Below are positions 1 to 27,315 of a stretch of 64,000 bases of DNA, piece by piece. Every line of letters begins with the position of its first letter. The first letter of the stretch is position 1. Under the pieces are notes generated by a model, which saw only the letters and a list, made by a program, of their open reading frames with translations, did not search any database and was not told the origin of the DNA. Position numbers and translations under genes: made by a program. This stretch comes from Chrysomallon squamiferum (taxonomy: Eukaryota; Animalia; Mollusca): NCBI GenBank assembly GCA_012295275.1, contig CM022672.1, positions 35,030,001 through 35,094,000 on the forward strand. Reading direction: 5' to 3'.

Positions 1-45
<45 letters not shown>

Positions 46-554
46 TAGATATATCTGGCTGTTTTTAGCTGTAATTCTGATTTGGTGTGTTGATCAGTCA
101 GTCAGTTGATGGCTGGGGAATATATATTACTCATACATCTTACTTTTATTATTTTTATTATATATCAGTTTAAAAGCTGTGATGTGATATGTTAGAATGT
201 TTCATGTCCAGAGCGTAAGCACAATTATATTTTAACTAAAATTCTACTTAATTTTATGCGACTTGTGAATAACATTCTTTGCAAGGTCACAGATACTTTA
301 AACATTCCTCTTATTTTTATTGTTGTTGTTTTATTTGTTTTGTTGATGTTTCTCTTAATATTTATAAAGATAAGATATATCTCTAAGATAAAACTCAGGC
401 GTGCGATATAATAAGACTTTATTTTCTGTCAGTCATTATTTCTAGTGAGTTCTATTAATCTAATTTAAAACATGAAATCAATACAGAAATATAGTTTTGA
501 CTTTAGCCTAATAAGTATTTTATTTATTCGAATCCTTCCATGTTTTTTTTCCAG

Positions 555-13982
<13,428 letters not shown>

Positions 13983-14405
13983 TATTTGTCAGTAAAGAGA
14001 AAACAGATTTTAGAACAATGGGAATGTTATGAAACGTTTTATTAGATTTTATTACATAGACTGATCAAATTAGTGCTATTTCATATATTTTGTATAGTAT
14101 AAGATCTCTTAGTTTCTGTTTATAATTGTACAGTATAACTGACTATGTAATATAACATTATACTTTAAATATTCAGTATAGTAAATGCTTATTTTGTTAT
14201 TTAAGGTAATTATATCCTAAGCAGCAAGGTTGTTTTATTTTTTATTTGTCAGTTTAAATATTTAATAATAATAAATAATAATAATAATAAAAAAAGAAAC
14301 ACCAAGAGAAAACAATGTGCTACTGATTGTTTAACACGAAACATGCACCAACACCCGCCAATTATACGTAATCATTAGCTTTGTGGTATTTGTGTATTGT
14401 TCTTG

Positions 14406-14474
<69 letters not shown>

Positions 14475-16187
14475 TTATTAAGACATAATAATTAGTCATT
14501 TTTTGGCCAGTTTATTTGATTTATTCTAAGATAAATTATTGATGGCTGGTGTTCGGAAATTAGTAAGCTCTGTAAAATAACATTAAACAGAAGATTATGT
14601 CATTATGTCTTGTTCTGAAAACCCATCTGAACGCATCTGAATTTCAAAAGGTAATCACTGATTTCAACAGATGGTGGATTATGTTTCACTCCATTTGTCA
14701 TTCTATCCATCGTATGTCTTTTCATCCAGATGTCAAATTTGCTTTAGTGACGATAACTATATATTCATTTTTATTGATTCATCTACAATTATTTTATAGT
14801 TTCATAATTAAACTGTTGATTATATCTTTTAATTTGGCTTTTCAGTGGCTTTTTTTACTTAATTATTTCCTTAATTGTTATTAATATATTTTTTCTTAAT
14901 CAAAACGAAATTTATATTTTATTTACAAATATGTACATCTTGCAATATATCCAGATTAGAAGATATTTTATCAATATTTTTATACATTGGTGTGTGTTAT
15001 TGTGTGTAATATAGCTAATACTGCATGTGATACATCAGAATGTACTACTCTAGCATTTATTTTAGTTGATATTATTATTATTATTATTATTATTGTCTGT
15101 AATATAGCTAATCATTGTGATTCATTATTAAAAAGTTATTTTTTATTTTTTTTTTTTTTTTAAAATATATAATTTATTTAAGGATAGATGTACTACTCTA
15201 GCATCTATTTTAGTTGATATTATTATTATTATTGTTATTAAGCAAAAAAAAAATAAAAAAATGAAATAAAATTTAATATGGGGTACTATTCAGTACATTT
15301 TCTTATTATTGTGAATATTTTAGGTTTTTTAAATTTTTTTATATATTTATTCTTATCTGTTTATTTTTAATTTATTTTCCACAATCGTTGACATTTAACT
15401 TAAATCAGATGTTCTTTGTGTCAGAAGATATTAAGTTTACATTTCCTTCAACGAGGTTGTTTCTGCATTACTAAATTTTGTTACCTTTATTAAACTTTTG
15501 CTTCTGTTTTCATATATTACTTTCTAATCATGGTTTAGAAGACACAATTATTCTAATTTTTGTATTCACTTAATATGTAATACTTTAAAATATGATATTA
15601 AACGCTATACATTAATTTATTTATCTCTGGTGGAGATTTTTCTTTGTTTGTTTATTTCATTGTGCTACTGTGTACATTCATCAACTGTTTTAATGTTTTA
15701 ACTACATTTGTTTGTTACCACAAAGGCAAGGACGTGATGCAGATATAGCAAACATTACAACTCAAGTGAATTTACCTTCAAATATGTAAGCATATTTCTT
15801 TACTTCTTCCATGTTCAGTTCAGCGATGTCTATACCCCAGTGTAGTTCAAGATGGAGCAGTTATATTAACTAGGAAAAGACACATATATATAAATAACCG
15901 GTTTGGCTATGTTATGAAGAAAACACGACGACAACAACGACAGTAATAATAATAAATCTAATAATAATAATATATGTTATTCAATTCAGTTGAATAATAA
16001 TAATTATAATTAATTATCAATAATTGAGCGATAACGACTCTGGTTAAGATAAAAATGCTACAAAACATAATTAACATTTCCTGAAGTAGAAGAAGACATA
16101 TCAATTACTATTTATCCTGGAAAATTTATTTTCTCAATCACACTGTTGTAGAAAACAAGTGCTGATATTTCGTTTTTAGTCAAAGTT

Positions 16188-16230
<43 letters not shown>

Positions 16231-16578
16231 CTGTGTGAGAACTATATCTCAGCAGATAAAGTTGTACGGTTAAAAATAATTTATCATCATGAAAATGTCA
16301 AAAATGACAGATATCATTTTTCTCTTTCAGTATTAGAAAAATACTTTTAAACAATTTAGCATTTATAACATATTATGAATATGGGATGACAACGTAAAAT
16401 ATATCAGATAATTTAGATTCATTATAAACACATGTAATCATGTAGTATTCTTTTAACAGCGTCTTTTAAAGCACAAAACATTCACTTCAATGAAGGAATG
16501 TATGTTAGAAATATATATTTATCTCGTAAATGAGATAAACAAACACTTTACATAGCAATATGGTTATAGATTAAAAAC

Positions 16579-17340
16579 ATGTGTAAGTTAGATTCTTGGC
16601 AGACTAAGATTTTGATTCGCCAGCATCGGGACAAGCAACAAGAGCAACAATTTGGAACAATGGACGACGGTGACTTCTGTTTTGAAATGGATTTATTTGA
16701 AGACGAAACCACACGAATAACGATGACACGTCTTCCACCACAACAACAACAGCAGCAGTCAATTGCAGGAAAATCAGCTTCATGATAAGAACGTCGTCCG
16801 CTGACAGGAGTCAAAAGAAAGACAGGAGTCAAAAGAGAGACAGGAGTCAAAAGAGAGACAGAAGCTGCAAGAAAAGTCAGTTTAATACCAGAGTTCGACG
16901 CAGATGAAAGTGATGGCGGCTCTAAGAAAAGTGAAATTTAATGATAACATCACTGACATCACTGAATGTCTTTCAGAAACGTCAGGGGCTGCTACAGAAA
17001 CGGCACTGGTCGACTGGGTGTGGCACCACAAGGAACGATCAGATAAAGATTGAGAAAAACTGAGCAAGTTAGGTGGTTTTAAATATATGAAAACAAATCC
17101 AAATCTCGAACGCGTAATCAAAGAACTGCTGGTGACAATGGAACATAGATATTTCGGATCCTTTATCGACTATGTAAGACATCAAAACATTCCTCACAGA
17201 TCTACCAACGGCCTTAAAGTAGCTAGCCCAGAAGTCCGAGATGAATTTCGTAATCTGGTGTCAGCTGGCCAATACTGATGCTACAGACATCGCAGCTAAA
17301 ACTGTTGTCATCTTGGAAAAAAATATGATGTATCCAAGCT
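16579..17340 (+). pseudogene. Intronless disrupted coding fragment of unknown, possibly viral or TE, origin
   Basis: GC-richer island. Coding-like frames are broken by stops and frameshifts: MDDGDFCFEMDLFEDE...; LTGVKRKTGVKRETGVKRET; LVDWVWHHKERSDKD*EKLSKLGGFKYMKTNPNLERVIKELL...; DIAAKTVVILEKKYD. An 18-bp repeat x3 lies at ~16803-16860. Confidence 0.5.
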
Positions 17341-17856
17341 GCGTTTTAAATTAAATTAAATATACAGGGGCAACAACTGTTGTGATCTTACTGCATGATG
17401 GGTGAAAGAGTTATCTCCCGTAATTAATTATGCCGTAGTCTTAAATTGTTAAAAACACCCGTTGTTTTATGTTCGGTACTTGAAAGGTAAACAACGTTTT
17501 AAATTTATCCAACGACGGCATAACGTCATTTAACCACAGACAGATTTTGTTCGCATCATGTAACCAAATCCACATACTGAATTCGTGATTTTTTAACTGG
17601 TCATCGACTTGGTAATAAACGGATGTCGACGCCGAATATGTCTAATTTATGCATTTCGTCGAATTGTATACCCGGAAGTGTGTTCTGTTCTTTAAAAAAA
17701 AATCACGTCTGGCATTATTAAACTTGTTTTTACCCAGCTCATAATCGGACTTTTACGTTTAGCAGTCACTTCTGGAAATATTTGCTGAACGTTGTGTAAC
17801 TCCGCTTGTTTCATTAACGCTAAACTTTCGGAATTTGTCATTGGAAAATACGTGCT

Positions 17857-17898
<42 letters not shown>

Positions 17899-18027
17899 TT
17901 ACTTAATGAGGCATTCCACTACTACTGGGACTCTGATATCTTTGCCACGTTATCAGCGATGGATCAGTTATATATTTTATGTATTTATGCATTTGTACTT
18001 TAATTTACAACCTTAATTTTATTACAG

Positions 18028-18090
<63 letters not shown>

Positions 18091-18939
18091 TTTTTTTTTT
18101 TTTTTTTTAAATTAAAAATAAATAAAAATAAACTCGATAGAAACGGAAACCGCATTTGTGACGATTCTCAGAATTCACATCTTCCCGCAACTATAATAAT
18201 TGGTTCCTTTTCTTTATAATAATTTTAACAGACTACCAGAATTATTTATTTAATGACGTCTCTTAATTTATAATAATAATAATAATAAATTATCTCGAGG
18301 AAACCTGTGTACTGTAAAACGTTTTGGTATTACATCGTAAACATCAGGATTATTAATTAAGCCTGGAACCAGCCAAAAGTGAAAACACGTGAAACATTAA
18401 AATTCTTCTTTTTTTTCTTCTTTTTTTAGTTTTTTTTTTTAATATATTTTATTTATTTCTATTTTCAGTTCCAAACATCCAATAGTGTTATAAACTAAAT
18501 TAAATAAATAAAATAAAATAAAATAAAAAAATAAATCACACCTAAATAATGATTTTGGATGAAAGTTTCCCTGTAAAGTGTTTAAAGATATAAGAATTAA
18601 AGAAGGACTGTTTTTTGGTTGTGTTGTTCAGATTGCAGAGAATGTTTTGACAGTTGAACATTAGACAAAATAAAACTGCCGTTACTGTTATAGACTAGAT
18701 TAACAGCTACAGCGTGCTGTTTATTGTTAATACCAACGACAGGTTAAAACTAGTTTATCCTGATATATTTGATGAAAGACTAGTTAGATACTCAGTGTCG
18801 CGCTGGTCTGTTTGTAATAGAAGCGCTATTTGTAATAAAGTGTAATTTGTTACCTTACTTCCGCATGCGTATGGATACGCATTGTGCGATTTTTTAGACA
18901 TAATTATCAGAACCCGCACCAGTTTATTTTAATCTAAAC

Positions 18940-19189
18940 CAGTGATTCTCAACCAGCGGGCCGCGAGATCTTCCTAAGTGTGCCACAGAATTCTGTAGAA
19001 AAAAAATAAATCCAAATCTCATTCGTACTCATTGCGTTCTACATAGAGAAGTATACTGTCTATGACATGCCATGTTTTTATTTTGCAAAATTCAAATATT
19101 TTACATATATATTTAGCCAGGTGAGCCGCTTTTTTTTTCATGTATTCTAAGGTATGGCGTTGGCGAAACAAACAGGTTGAGGACCACTG
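18940..19189. mobile_element. Non-autonomous hAT (Charlie-like) MITE
   Basis: TIRs cagtgattctcaacc (18940) and ggttgaggaccactg (ends 19189). Flanks atctaaac / atgtattt match only partly as an 8-bp TSD. Confidence 0.7.
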
Positions 19190-19666
19190 ATGTATTTAGT
19201 GGGGTTCGACACGTGGCCCAGCTGGAACAAACACCTTCCCCTTGAATATCATACATGAAATGTCTGGTCGCTTTGTTGTTTATTAGTATGCCATTTTTAT
19301 TTCAAAAGCTGTTCTTGTTAAAATAATAATTATTATTCCTGTTTTTTTTTATTATTGGATCGTGCGTACAAAAAAATCAGCAGCATTACATTTTAAACAC
19401 ACACACACGCACAACATAATAAATCTTAACATAGTATTGTTTTTTTTTTTTTTTTTTTCATAATTTTACTATTATATTTTGAGTGACTTACTAATTTATA
19501 GTTTTGTTTATAATTCATAAATTTTGATAGGACTACTTAAATTTACAGAATAATTCATCATCTGTTCAGTTTTTAAGCATTATTCTTAAAATACTCTCAT
19601 TGTAATTATCAGGAAAGGGCATTCAAAAAGTCGTCTTTATTATATATTTTTGAACTTCTTTTCTAA

Positions 19667-19713
<47 letters not shown>

Positions 19714-20014
19714 TTTTATTTTATTTTTTTATTATTATTATTATTATTTTTTTTTCCCCGTCTGGAAATGAATGCCTTTTAAATGGGATAAAATAATACT
19801 TTATTTAACAATAGTAAAAAAAGAAAATGCATCGGCACAGTTATTCTCTAACATATCTGGTTATTCATACTGAACAAATGTATAACCACATCAGTAATCG
19901 CTCGGTTTCTTTTCTTTGACTAATCATGAAAAATATAACAGTCAACTGTTAAATAACGGTAGTCTCGAAATTATATTGTGCTAATTTATTCGAAGCACAT
20001 GCTTTGATTCACAA

Positions 20015-20096
20015 CTACAATAGGAAGTGACGCTAGAATATGAATTGTGGGATAAATGGCGGCGCGTTAGAGAAAATAGCGGACCAGACGGTAAGT
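20015..20096 (+). promoter_or_regulatory. Housekeeping-type promoter and non-coding first exon, probably of the 547-aa ORF gene
   Basis: ETS-like GGAAGTG (20023), ZNF143/Staf-like TCCCACAATTCA on the minus strand (20041-20052), YY1-like AAATGGCGGC (20054) and a strong donor CG|GTAAGT at 20090/20091. Confidence 0.6.
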
Positions 20097-21332
20097 TATA
20101 TTTTTATTATTATTATTTTAATATTAATTTTTGTTCGAGGATATTCTTTGAAATGTCTGTGATTAATGGCATTATTAATTGATATAATTTTAATAAATGT
20201 ATACCAGTTTATTTATATTTTTATCACATGAAATTATGGCAATCAAGATAATGTAATTCTCGTAAGATCTGATAAAGTTCAAGTAAATGAAAGGTTAGGT
20301 TATTCTAATTGACAGGAAAAAAATCTCATTAAAATCTGTTGACATTTAATCTGTCACCCAAGTAACTCAAAGTTTGGTTTTTCTGACTGAATATTTTGAG
20401 TTTTCTGTGATATACAGACATGTCAGAATGGAGGAGCTCTGACGTCTGCAAATGCAGTGACATATTTCGTTTTTCTGTCTTACTGATCATTGACTGTGTT
20501 AATTGGCCGAAGTTTTAGAAACAGTTTACGCGAACACTTACTATACAGTTATGTTTTCATCTAACAATCGTAACTGCAGGGTTTAAGGCCTGTCAGAGTT
20601 TTTTAATTATTGCCAGACTATCAGAAAATGGTCACACTTTGCCCTGTATGTTTGTGCTAAAACAAAACAAAATAAAATAAAACGAAGTAATAAAACAATA
20701 ACATTTGTAATAACAGACCCATCATAAACATCTTGATAGAATTTTAAGTATATGTTATTGCTTTTTCCAAGATATGAATAAGAATAAAATAAGATAACTT
20801 TAATTTTCTTTTTTTCTATTCTTTCTTTTTCTATTCTTTTAATACTTTTTTATATTTATTATCTACTATGATATCTACTTAGTCAGAGCTGTTCCAAATT
20901 TGTATTGCTTTGTAAGTATTATAAATACATTGTGACTTGAAATCATTCCTAAATCCTACAGCAGTGTTCATCTTTTCACCAAAAATAACTGCTCTGCACA
21001 CACACGCACACACATGCACACTCACACACACTTACTTACTTTCATTTCTTCTGTTTAGACCTCATAGTAAAGCTTCTACCAAGATTCAGGATCTTAGTCT
21101 TGTTAACTTGTATCAAACCCAATCTGATATAAGTCATTCCTTCAATTAGGCTGGATAGAACATAATTACGGAAACAATTAAGGCATTCCTGAAGTTTGAA
21201 TAAATGCTACTTTCTGTAATTATGTTCCATGATTCATTTTGAAAGCAAAACATTTAATAACTGTGGATACAACTATTACAAGATGTAGTAGACATCAAAT
21301 ATTCAATGAAGTGCTACCCGTGTGAGAAATAC

Positions 21333-21363
<31 letters not shown>

Positions 21364-23229
21364 AATGATGAAAAATGAAGAAAGAAATTAAACAAAGGTG
21401 ATTTATTTTAAATAATATTTCCACTGATTCTCACAGCTTTCAGCTGAAACGCTAAAGTTCTTGATGTTGTAGCTGATTAATTCCTCTTTCAGAGACCAGA
21501 TTCTGGTCCACTCATCTTGTCTGTGGTAGATAGGGTAGGGTTTGTGGCATTTTGCTGCTGAATTGGCATAATTTCTGTCTTAGCCTGATCAAAGAGTTTT
21601 TGCCTTCAATGTATCTACATGCTTAATGACTAGCACAGCCATGTGGTTGTGCTGCATCTGTTCTGCCATCTGTAACATGTTGTTCATAGTCACAGCATAA
21701 TCAGTCAAATTTTGTTACTGTGAGGATAAATAAATAAATAAAAATTAAAAAATTAAACACAAATACACAAAAAACACATAAATAAAATGCAGAAGAAAGG
21801 GAAACAAAGCACCAAGTGCAATTTTGAATTATATATTAAAAAAATCATGATCAGAAGGGCTAACAAAATAAAGAGAAATATCCCTGCATACCAAGTAAAT
21901 GTTTAAAATGTACCATGATTTTTATAAATATCAAACTACACATCATGCATTTTTTTGTGCTTTCAATCAACACACTTTAGTGGTTCTGGATGGGCTTATC
22001 CAATGTATAATCATCACTTTTACAAGGTAAATTCAGGTGAATGATAAATTAATGTCAGTTATCTTGTAAGCCATCACTGGCTTCACTGTCATTTAAACTG
22101 GCATGTTATATGGCATTATATTCATAATTGCTAATCTCAACTGAATGAAAAGTCTCAAAGTCCATGTTATCTCATATTTCAATCTGAAATTGCCATTACT
22201 GTTCTGAACATAATTTTTTTTTTTTTCATTTTCATATATTTTTTAAAAATATCAAAACATTGATATAAATCCAGAAGAGCTGAATCAAAAGTTGCTAAAA
22301 ACGTAATGTGCAGATTCATGCAATGTGTGTTATTTATGTCCTTTACGGTCTTGCAAAATTTTACCTAAATATAGGGGAAACTGAGAACTGATGATCCATT
22401 TTCAAGATATTTGGCCATTTTATCCAACCCTTCATAACTTGTGATAGCAACACTGTTGCTGCTAACAGAGGCATTATTGCTCTTGATTACAGTCTATATA
22501 TTACATATGCATACAGTGGTACCTGATTGTTTTTCTGTAGATAAGTGGATACATGGAGAGTATTTTCTTACTATTATTCCACTGCTAAAGCATACAGTCA
22601 TACTGATCTGCATTTGTTTTCTCGAAAATAAATAATTTTATTGTACAGCAGATTTATAATAAGCATGCCCATTTCCTGCACTGAACAATCCATGAAGGGA
22701 GTGTTGTTTTTGTCAGATGACAAGAGCCTGCAAACTGCAATCATCAAATGCTTTCCTGCCAGACTCTGTGAGTTCAAACCATGTAATTTTGATAATTCAA
22801 ATATTCAACACAGTTCCATGCATTTTTGTTTTGTATACACTGTGTCTTAGTGAACTTTTTTCTGTCAAAAGGATGGTGTGGCTGGCACCAGTCAGAGCTA
22901 TAATTGAGTTTCACACTTCAGATATTTGCAGTGTATTTTAGGAGAAAGATGTGATGCTTGCTATGCCAGTGTCTTGCCATGATGATTTATGTTTGTTGTG
23001 GTTACTGGTGTGAAGATTGTTAATAAAACAATTATCTGTAATTTGTCTAGTTAAAATAACGTAAAATAAAATAAAATAAAATAAAATAAAATAAAATAAA
23101 ATAAAATTTAAAATAAATAAATCAATAAATAAAAACAATAATAATAACCAACAGACAATTTATAGTTTTTAATGAAATACAAATTTCTATTTATAATCTA
23201 AATGCAATCAATGAAATATGATACAAGAT

Positions 23230-23560
23230 ATTGTTGACATGGTAGTGCAGACCAGTGAGATGTCCACTGACAATGTGTTAAGCTGTTGTTCAGTAAATGT
23301 GATGCCGTCCCAAACCATAATGGACCCACCTCCAAAACAGCCTAACATTTAGCTCTTGGAAGTACTCATTATGTTTACACCACACCCTCTTGTGTCTGTC
23401 ATGGAAGTCCAGTGTGAAACTGGATTCATCAGAAAACATGACATTAAACATGAATTGTCCCAGCACTGACACCAGTGATGTCTTTTAACTGTGTGATGGT
23501 CGGTTAAATGTGGAATTACATGAGGGCACTGTGCATGCAAATGTTACCTGCATTGCTGAT
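23230..23560 (-). mobile_element. Decayed Tc1/mariner transposase (DDE) fragment in an intron
   Basis: VMFSDESSFTLDFHDRHKRVW...FGGGSIMVWDGI resembles the Tc1 motifs VLFSDESxF...DGRxRVWR...GGGSVMVWGGI; frameshifted. Confidence 0.8.
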
Positions 23561-23851
23561 ATTTAATTGTATTACCACTTATTCTTACTGTACTTTTTTT
23601 TAATAAAAATTAAGTTTTTTTTTATGTTTGTTCTTCATATTTATTATGCATGATATTCTACACATGAATTTTAAGAATTTTAGACACATTAATGAAAAAC
23701 AAACCAACCTTATTTTTATCATATTATTTATATTTTATTTATTTATTTATTTATTTATTTTTATTTTATTTTTATTTTTTCAGGAATTAAGTAAAGAGAT
23801 ATAGATTGAGATTTACTCATAGACGTTAACTGACCATCAGTAGATGTCAGC

Positions 23852-25495
23852 ATGTTTCGATGGTTGAAAGAAAAGAGAAAGTGGAAGAATCTTGCTTCCA
23901 GAAGGCAGGACAGAGAGTTCAGGTTTATGGAGGAGAATCAGAATCTTGACACAAATGATGATCATATTTATGAAGAGATTTCTGATCTGCATTTTCAGCT
24001 TCATGAGAAATTAGAGGCAAACCGTCATATGAAGGAAGAATTTCAACATCAGGATGGACCTTACATGGTCGTAGATATTGTTGAGTCAACTACTTGTCCA
24101 AAACATTTTCATGAATCAGTGAATAAATCTAATCATGGGTGCTACAGTCAGCATAATTCATCCGTGTGTGGCAGTTCAGAAGAGTATTCGAGTGGTGTGG
24201 GTACGGCATATGATTTGGCTAATTGGTATAAGCCAGTGGATGATAAAAGTTCACCTGAAATGGGTGCCCACTACCAGCCATCAAGCAGTGACACAGGCTG
24301 TGAATTTGACATCAGTTATGAGTCCCAGTTGTCAAGAACTGAACACAACTTGGCTCAGCAATGTAGAGCAAGGGACACAGTGGGACAGCAGACATCAGCC
24401 ATGACATCACTGACACGTGACATGATGTCTGACAGATATTTTCACAACAGTGGTTACAACAGTCCTAGATTAACAGTTAACAGGATGAGCAGATGCGACC
24501 TTGAACGACCGTCTGGCATTTGTAATACGTGCAGTTGTCGTAACAGTGCTAATCAAACTGACCACAGTGTTGGTGATGAAACACACTGTTGTGCCTGTTG
24601 TGCCTGTTGTGCTTCAGTTCACTGTCGATGTCACTGTTCATCTCATCACAAACAAACTGTCTGTGACTCAGGCCAGGCTAGAATTCCTTATAAAGTTACA
24701 TTCCAGAAACCCAGACCTCACATCACTTTCAGTCAAAAACCTTGTAGACAAGAGAGGGATTTGAGCTCAGGATCGTGTAAATCTGAAAGTAGTGCACTGA
24801 GGACTGAAGTACAGATGAACAAACATAATTACAGTAATGAAAGCATGGTTGATTGCAGACTTACTTGTTCTAGACAAAGAACTAATTCTGTAGGACATCT
24901 ATACAACACAAGACAGTGTGATTCAATAATGAAAAGACAGATGAACAAACATAATTATTATGTGAATGAAAGCATGACAGACTGCAGACTTACTGATCCT
25001 AGACAAAGAACTGATTATTTTGAACAACTGAGTAACACAAGAGAGTGTAAATCTAAAACTAGTCCATTGAGGACCGGACAAAACGACACACATAATTATT
25101 ACATGAATGAAAGCATGGCAGACTGCAGACTTACTAATCCTAGACAAAGAATTGAACAAGTAAATAACACAAGACAGTGTAAATCTAAAACTAGTCCACT
25201 GAGGACAGAAGGACTGACAGACAGACATATTTATAGTAATGAAAGCATGGCTGTCTGCAGACTTAGTTATCTTAGACAAAGAATTGAACAACTAAATAAC
25301 ACAAGACAGCGTAGTTCACTAATGACAGAAGGACAGAGAGACAAACACAATTATTACATTAATGAAAACACATCTGAGTGCAAACATACTTGTTTTAGAC
25401 GAAGAACTGATTCAGTTGAGCAACTTGGTAACACAGGTAACAAACAAAGCATGGTTACACAGCCTGGTGCACCTGTGTTTGAACTTTTCATCTGA
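23852..25495 (+). CDS. Uncharacterised 547-aa protein with a YEEI motif, Cys/His-rich segment and five ~40-50-aa repeats
   Basis: Long open ORF in AT-rich DNA, preceded by a strong acceptor (tttttttcag|g at 23783/23784). Repeats of the form KHNY(Y)xNESMxDCRLTxPRQR...NTRxC. Confidence 0.75.
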   Translation: MFRWLKEKRKWKNLASRRQDREFRFMEENQNLDTNDDHIYEEISDLHFQLHEKLEANRHMKEEFQHQDGPYMVVDIVESTTCPKHFHESVNKSNHGCYSQHNSSVCGSSEEYSSGVGTAYDLANWYKPVDDKSSPEMGAHYQPSSSDTGCEFDISYESQLSRTEHNLAQQCRARDTVGQQTSAMTSLTRDMMSDRYFHNSGYNSPRLTVNRMSRCDLERPSGICNTCSCRNSANQTDHSVGDETHCCACCACCASVHCRCHCSSHHKQTVCDSGQARIPYKVTFQKPRPHITFSQKPCRQERDLSSGSCKSESSALRTEVQMNKHNYSNESMVDCRLTCSRQRTNSVGHLYNTRQCDSIMKRQMNKHNYYVNESMTDCRLTDPRQRTDYFEQLSNTRECKSKTSPLRTGQNDTHNYYMNESMADCRLTNPRQRIEQVNNTRQCKSKTSPLRTEGLTDRHIYSNESMAVCRLSYLRQRIEQLNNTRQRSSLMTEGQRDKHNYYINENTSECKHTCFRRRTDSVEQLGNTGNKQSMVTQPGAPVFELFI

Positions 25496-26258
25496 CTGCA
25501 TGAGGTAATTACTTTATAACTAAGTAATTGACTATCCAAAATTACACAGTTACAAAGAATTTTAAAAAAAATTTCAAAATGTAGTTTGAATTATTTAATA
25601 AGTATACAGTAATTCAAATAAAATAATAACCTTAAAAAAATGATGTTGGCATTTTATAAACATAAGGGTTGGAACATTCTGAGATAATAATTAATCAAAG
25701 TGTAAAAATTAAATGACATGTAGGACATTATAATCAATTTTCAGTTTATATCGGCATGTTTAATAGTGACAAGCCATGACAGCTGACTTTGTTCAACTAT
25801 GCAGAAATTCAGTCCATAGTAAATTTAAGTTTTTCATTTCTTTTTCTAAGACTAAGACTATATACATGGCAGAGCAACAGTCACATACAATTTAAAAAAT
25901 ATATTTTTACTTGTAATCTATTTTATTTATTTCTGTAATTCAGATCTGGCAGATTTACCACAGAGACTTTTCAAAGAGTGAAAAAGCTTTCAGTTTTATT
26001 TTGAAACCAAATCAATTCATTTTGCTTAAGATTGTTCAGATTTATTTTTTAGGCACCCATTCCATTTTTCTTTCACAAAGAGCATAGCACTGATATTTTA
26101 ACAAAGAAATAGATAAAAATAAAATACTTGGTTATTGTTTTTAAAATGAACTGTTAATATTATTATTTATTTATTTTGCAGGTTTGTCTTAGATCTCAAT
26201 ACAGCTCTGTTGAAACCACAGTCAGTGCACTATAACTGCAGCATATAGAGATGAACAC

Positions 26259-26292
<34 letters not shown>

Positions 26293-27081
26293 GGTGCCTA
26301 CAGAACCAGTCTCTATGAATACACAAATAACTATGTCATCGACCAAATAGATGTTTGATTCATCTTCTGTAAACTTTGATTCAAACAATAAAGTTATAGT
26401 TGTCATTTTTTTTTTCTAGTTTTCATTTTCTAAAAATAATTGTGATCTTTGGGAGGATATAGATATGTATCCCTGTGCGATTTATTTGCATTTTTTAAAG
26501 ATTTGATTCAAACAGAAAATATTTTTAATTTTTTTTTATTTTCTCAGTATGTGGATATGTTTGTTATTACTTTGAAAATCTGACATAGATTACATTTTTT
26601 TTTTTTTTTTACTTTATTACTTTGACATAGATACAAATCATATTTGTTGGACTTTGAAATCCAACATAGATCTATGTTTCTTTTTTTTTCATTTTTTTTT
26701 ACCTGGGCATCTGACATAGATAGATGTTTGTTTTGTATTTTCTTACACTGGAATGTGACATAGATGAATGTGTGCCTGTTTTATGATTTTTTATTCAGTT
26801 CTTAAACATTTTTTATATATTTTTTATTCAATTCTGCATGTTATTAAACGGTAGTATTTGAAAGACTGGGTCTTATATTGATATACTGAACTAACAAATT
26901 GTGTTTTATATATAAATATATATATATAAAAAAAAAAAAATCATATAAAAAGACTTGATTAAAGTGAAGTGAAAGTATTTTTGTTACACCTACTAATCCA
27001 TATCTGATTAGCAATTTTGTGTGAAAGATAATTCACCAAAAAAAGTTTGTGCCATATGTAGGTTTTTGTATTTAAATATTA

Positions 27082-27315
27082 TATATTTTATGTTTCATTT
27101 TATTACTGTATACTGTATGTCATCATTAACATATGTTTATAGGATACATCTATATCAGAAGTTACAGTATTCTTTACTTTGTTTTATTAATGTTTGTTAT
27201 ATATTTTATGTTTCATTTTATTACTGTATACTGTATGTCATCATTAACATATGTTTATAGGATATCTATATCAGAAGTTATGGTATTCTTTACTTTGTTT
27301 TATTAATGTTTGTTC
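27082..27315 (+). repeat. Tandem duplication of ~118 bp
   Basis: ttttatgtttcattttattactgtatactgtatgtcatcattaacatatgtttataggata...ctttactttgttttattaatgtttgtt occurs twice. Confidence 0.9.
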
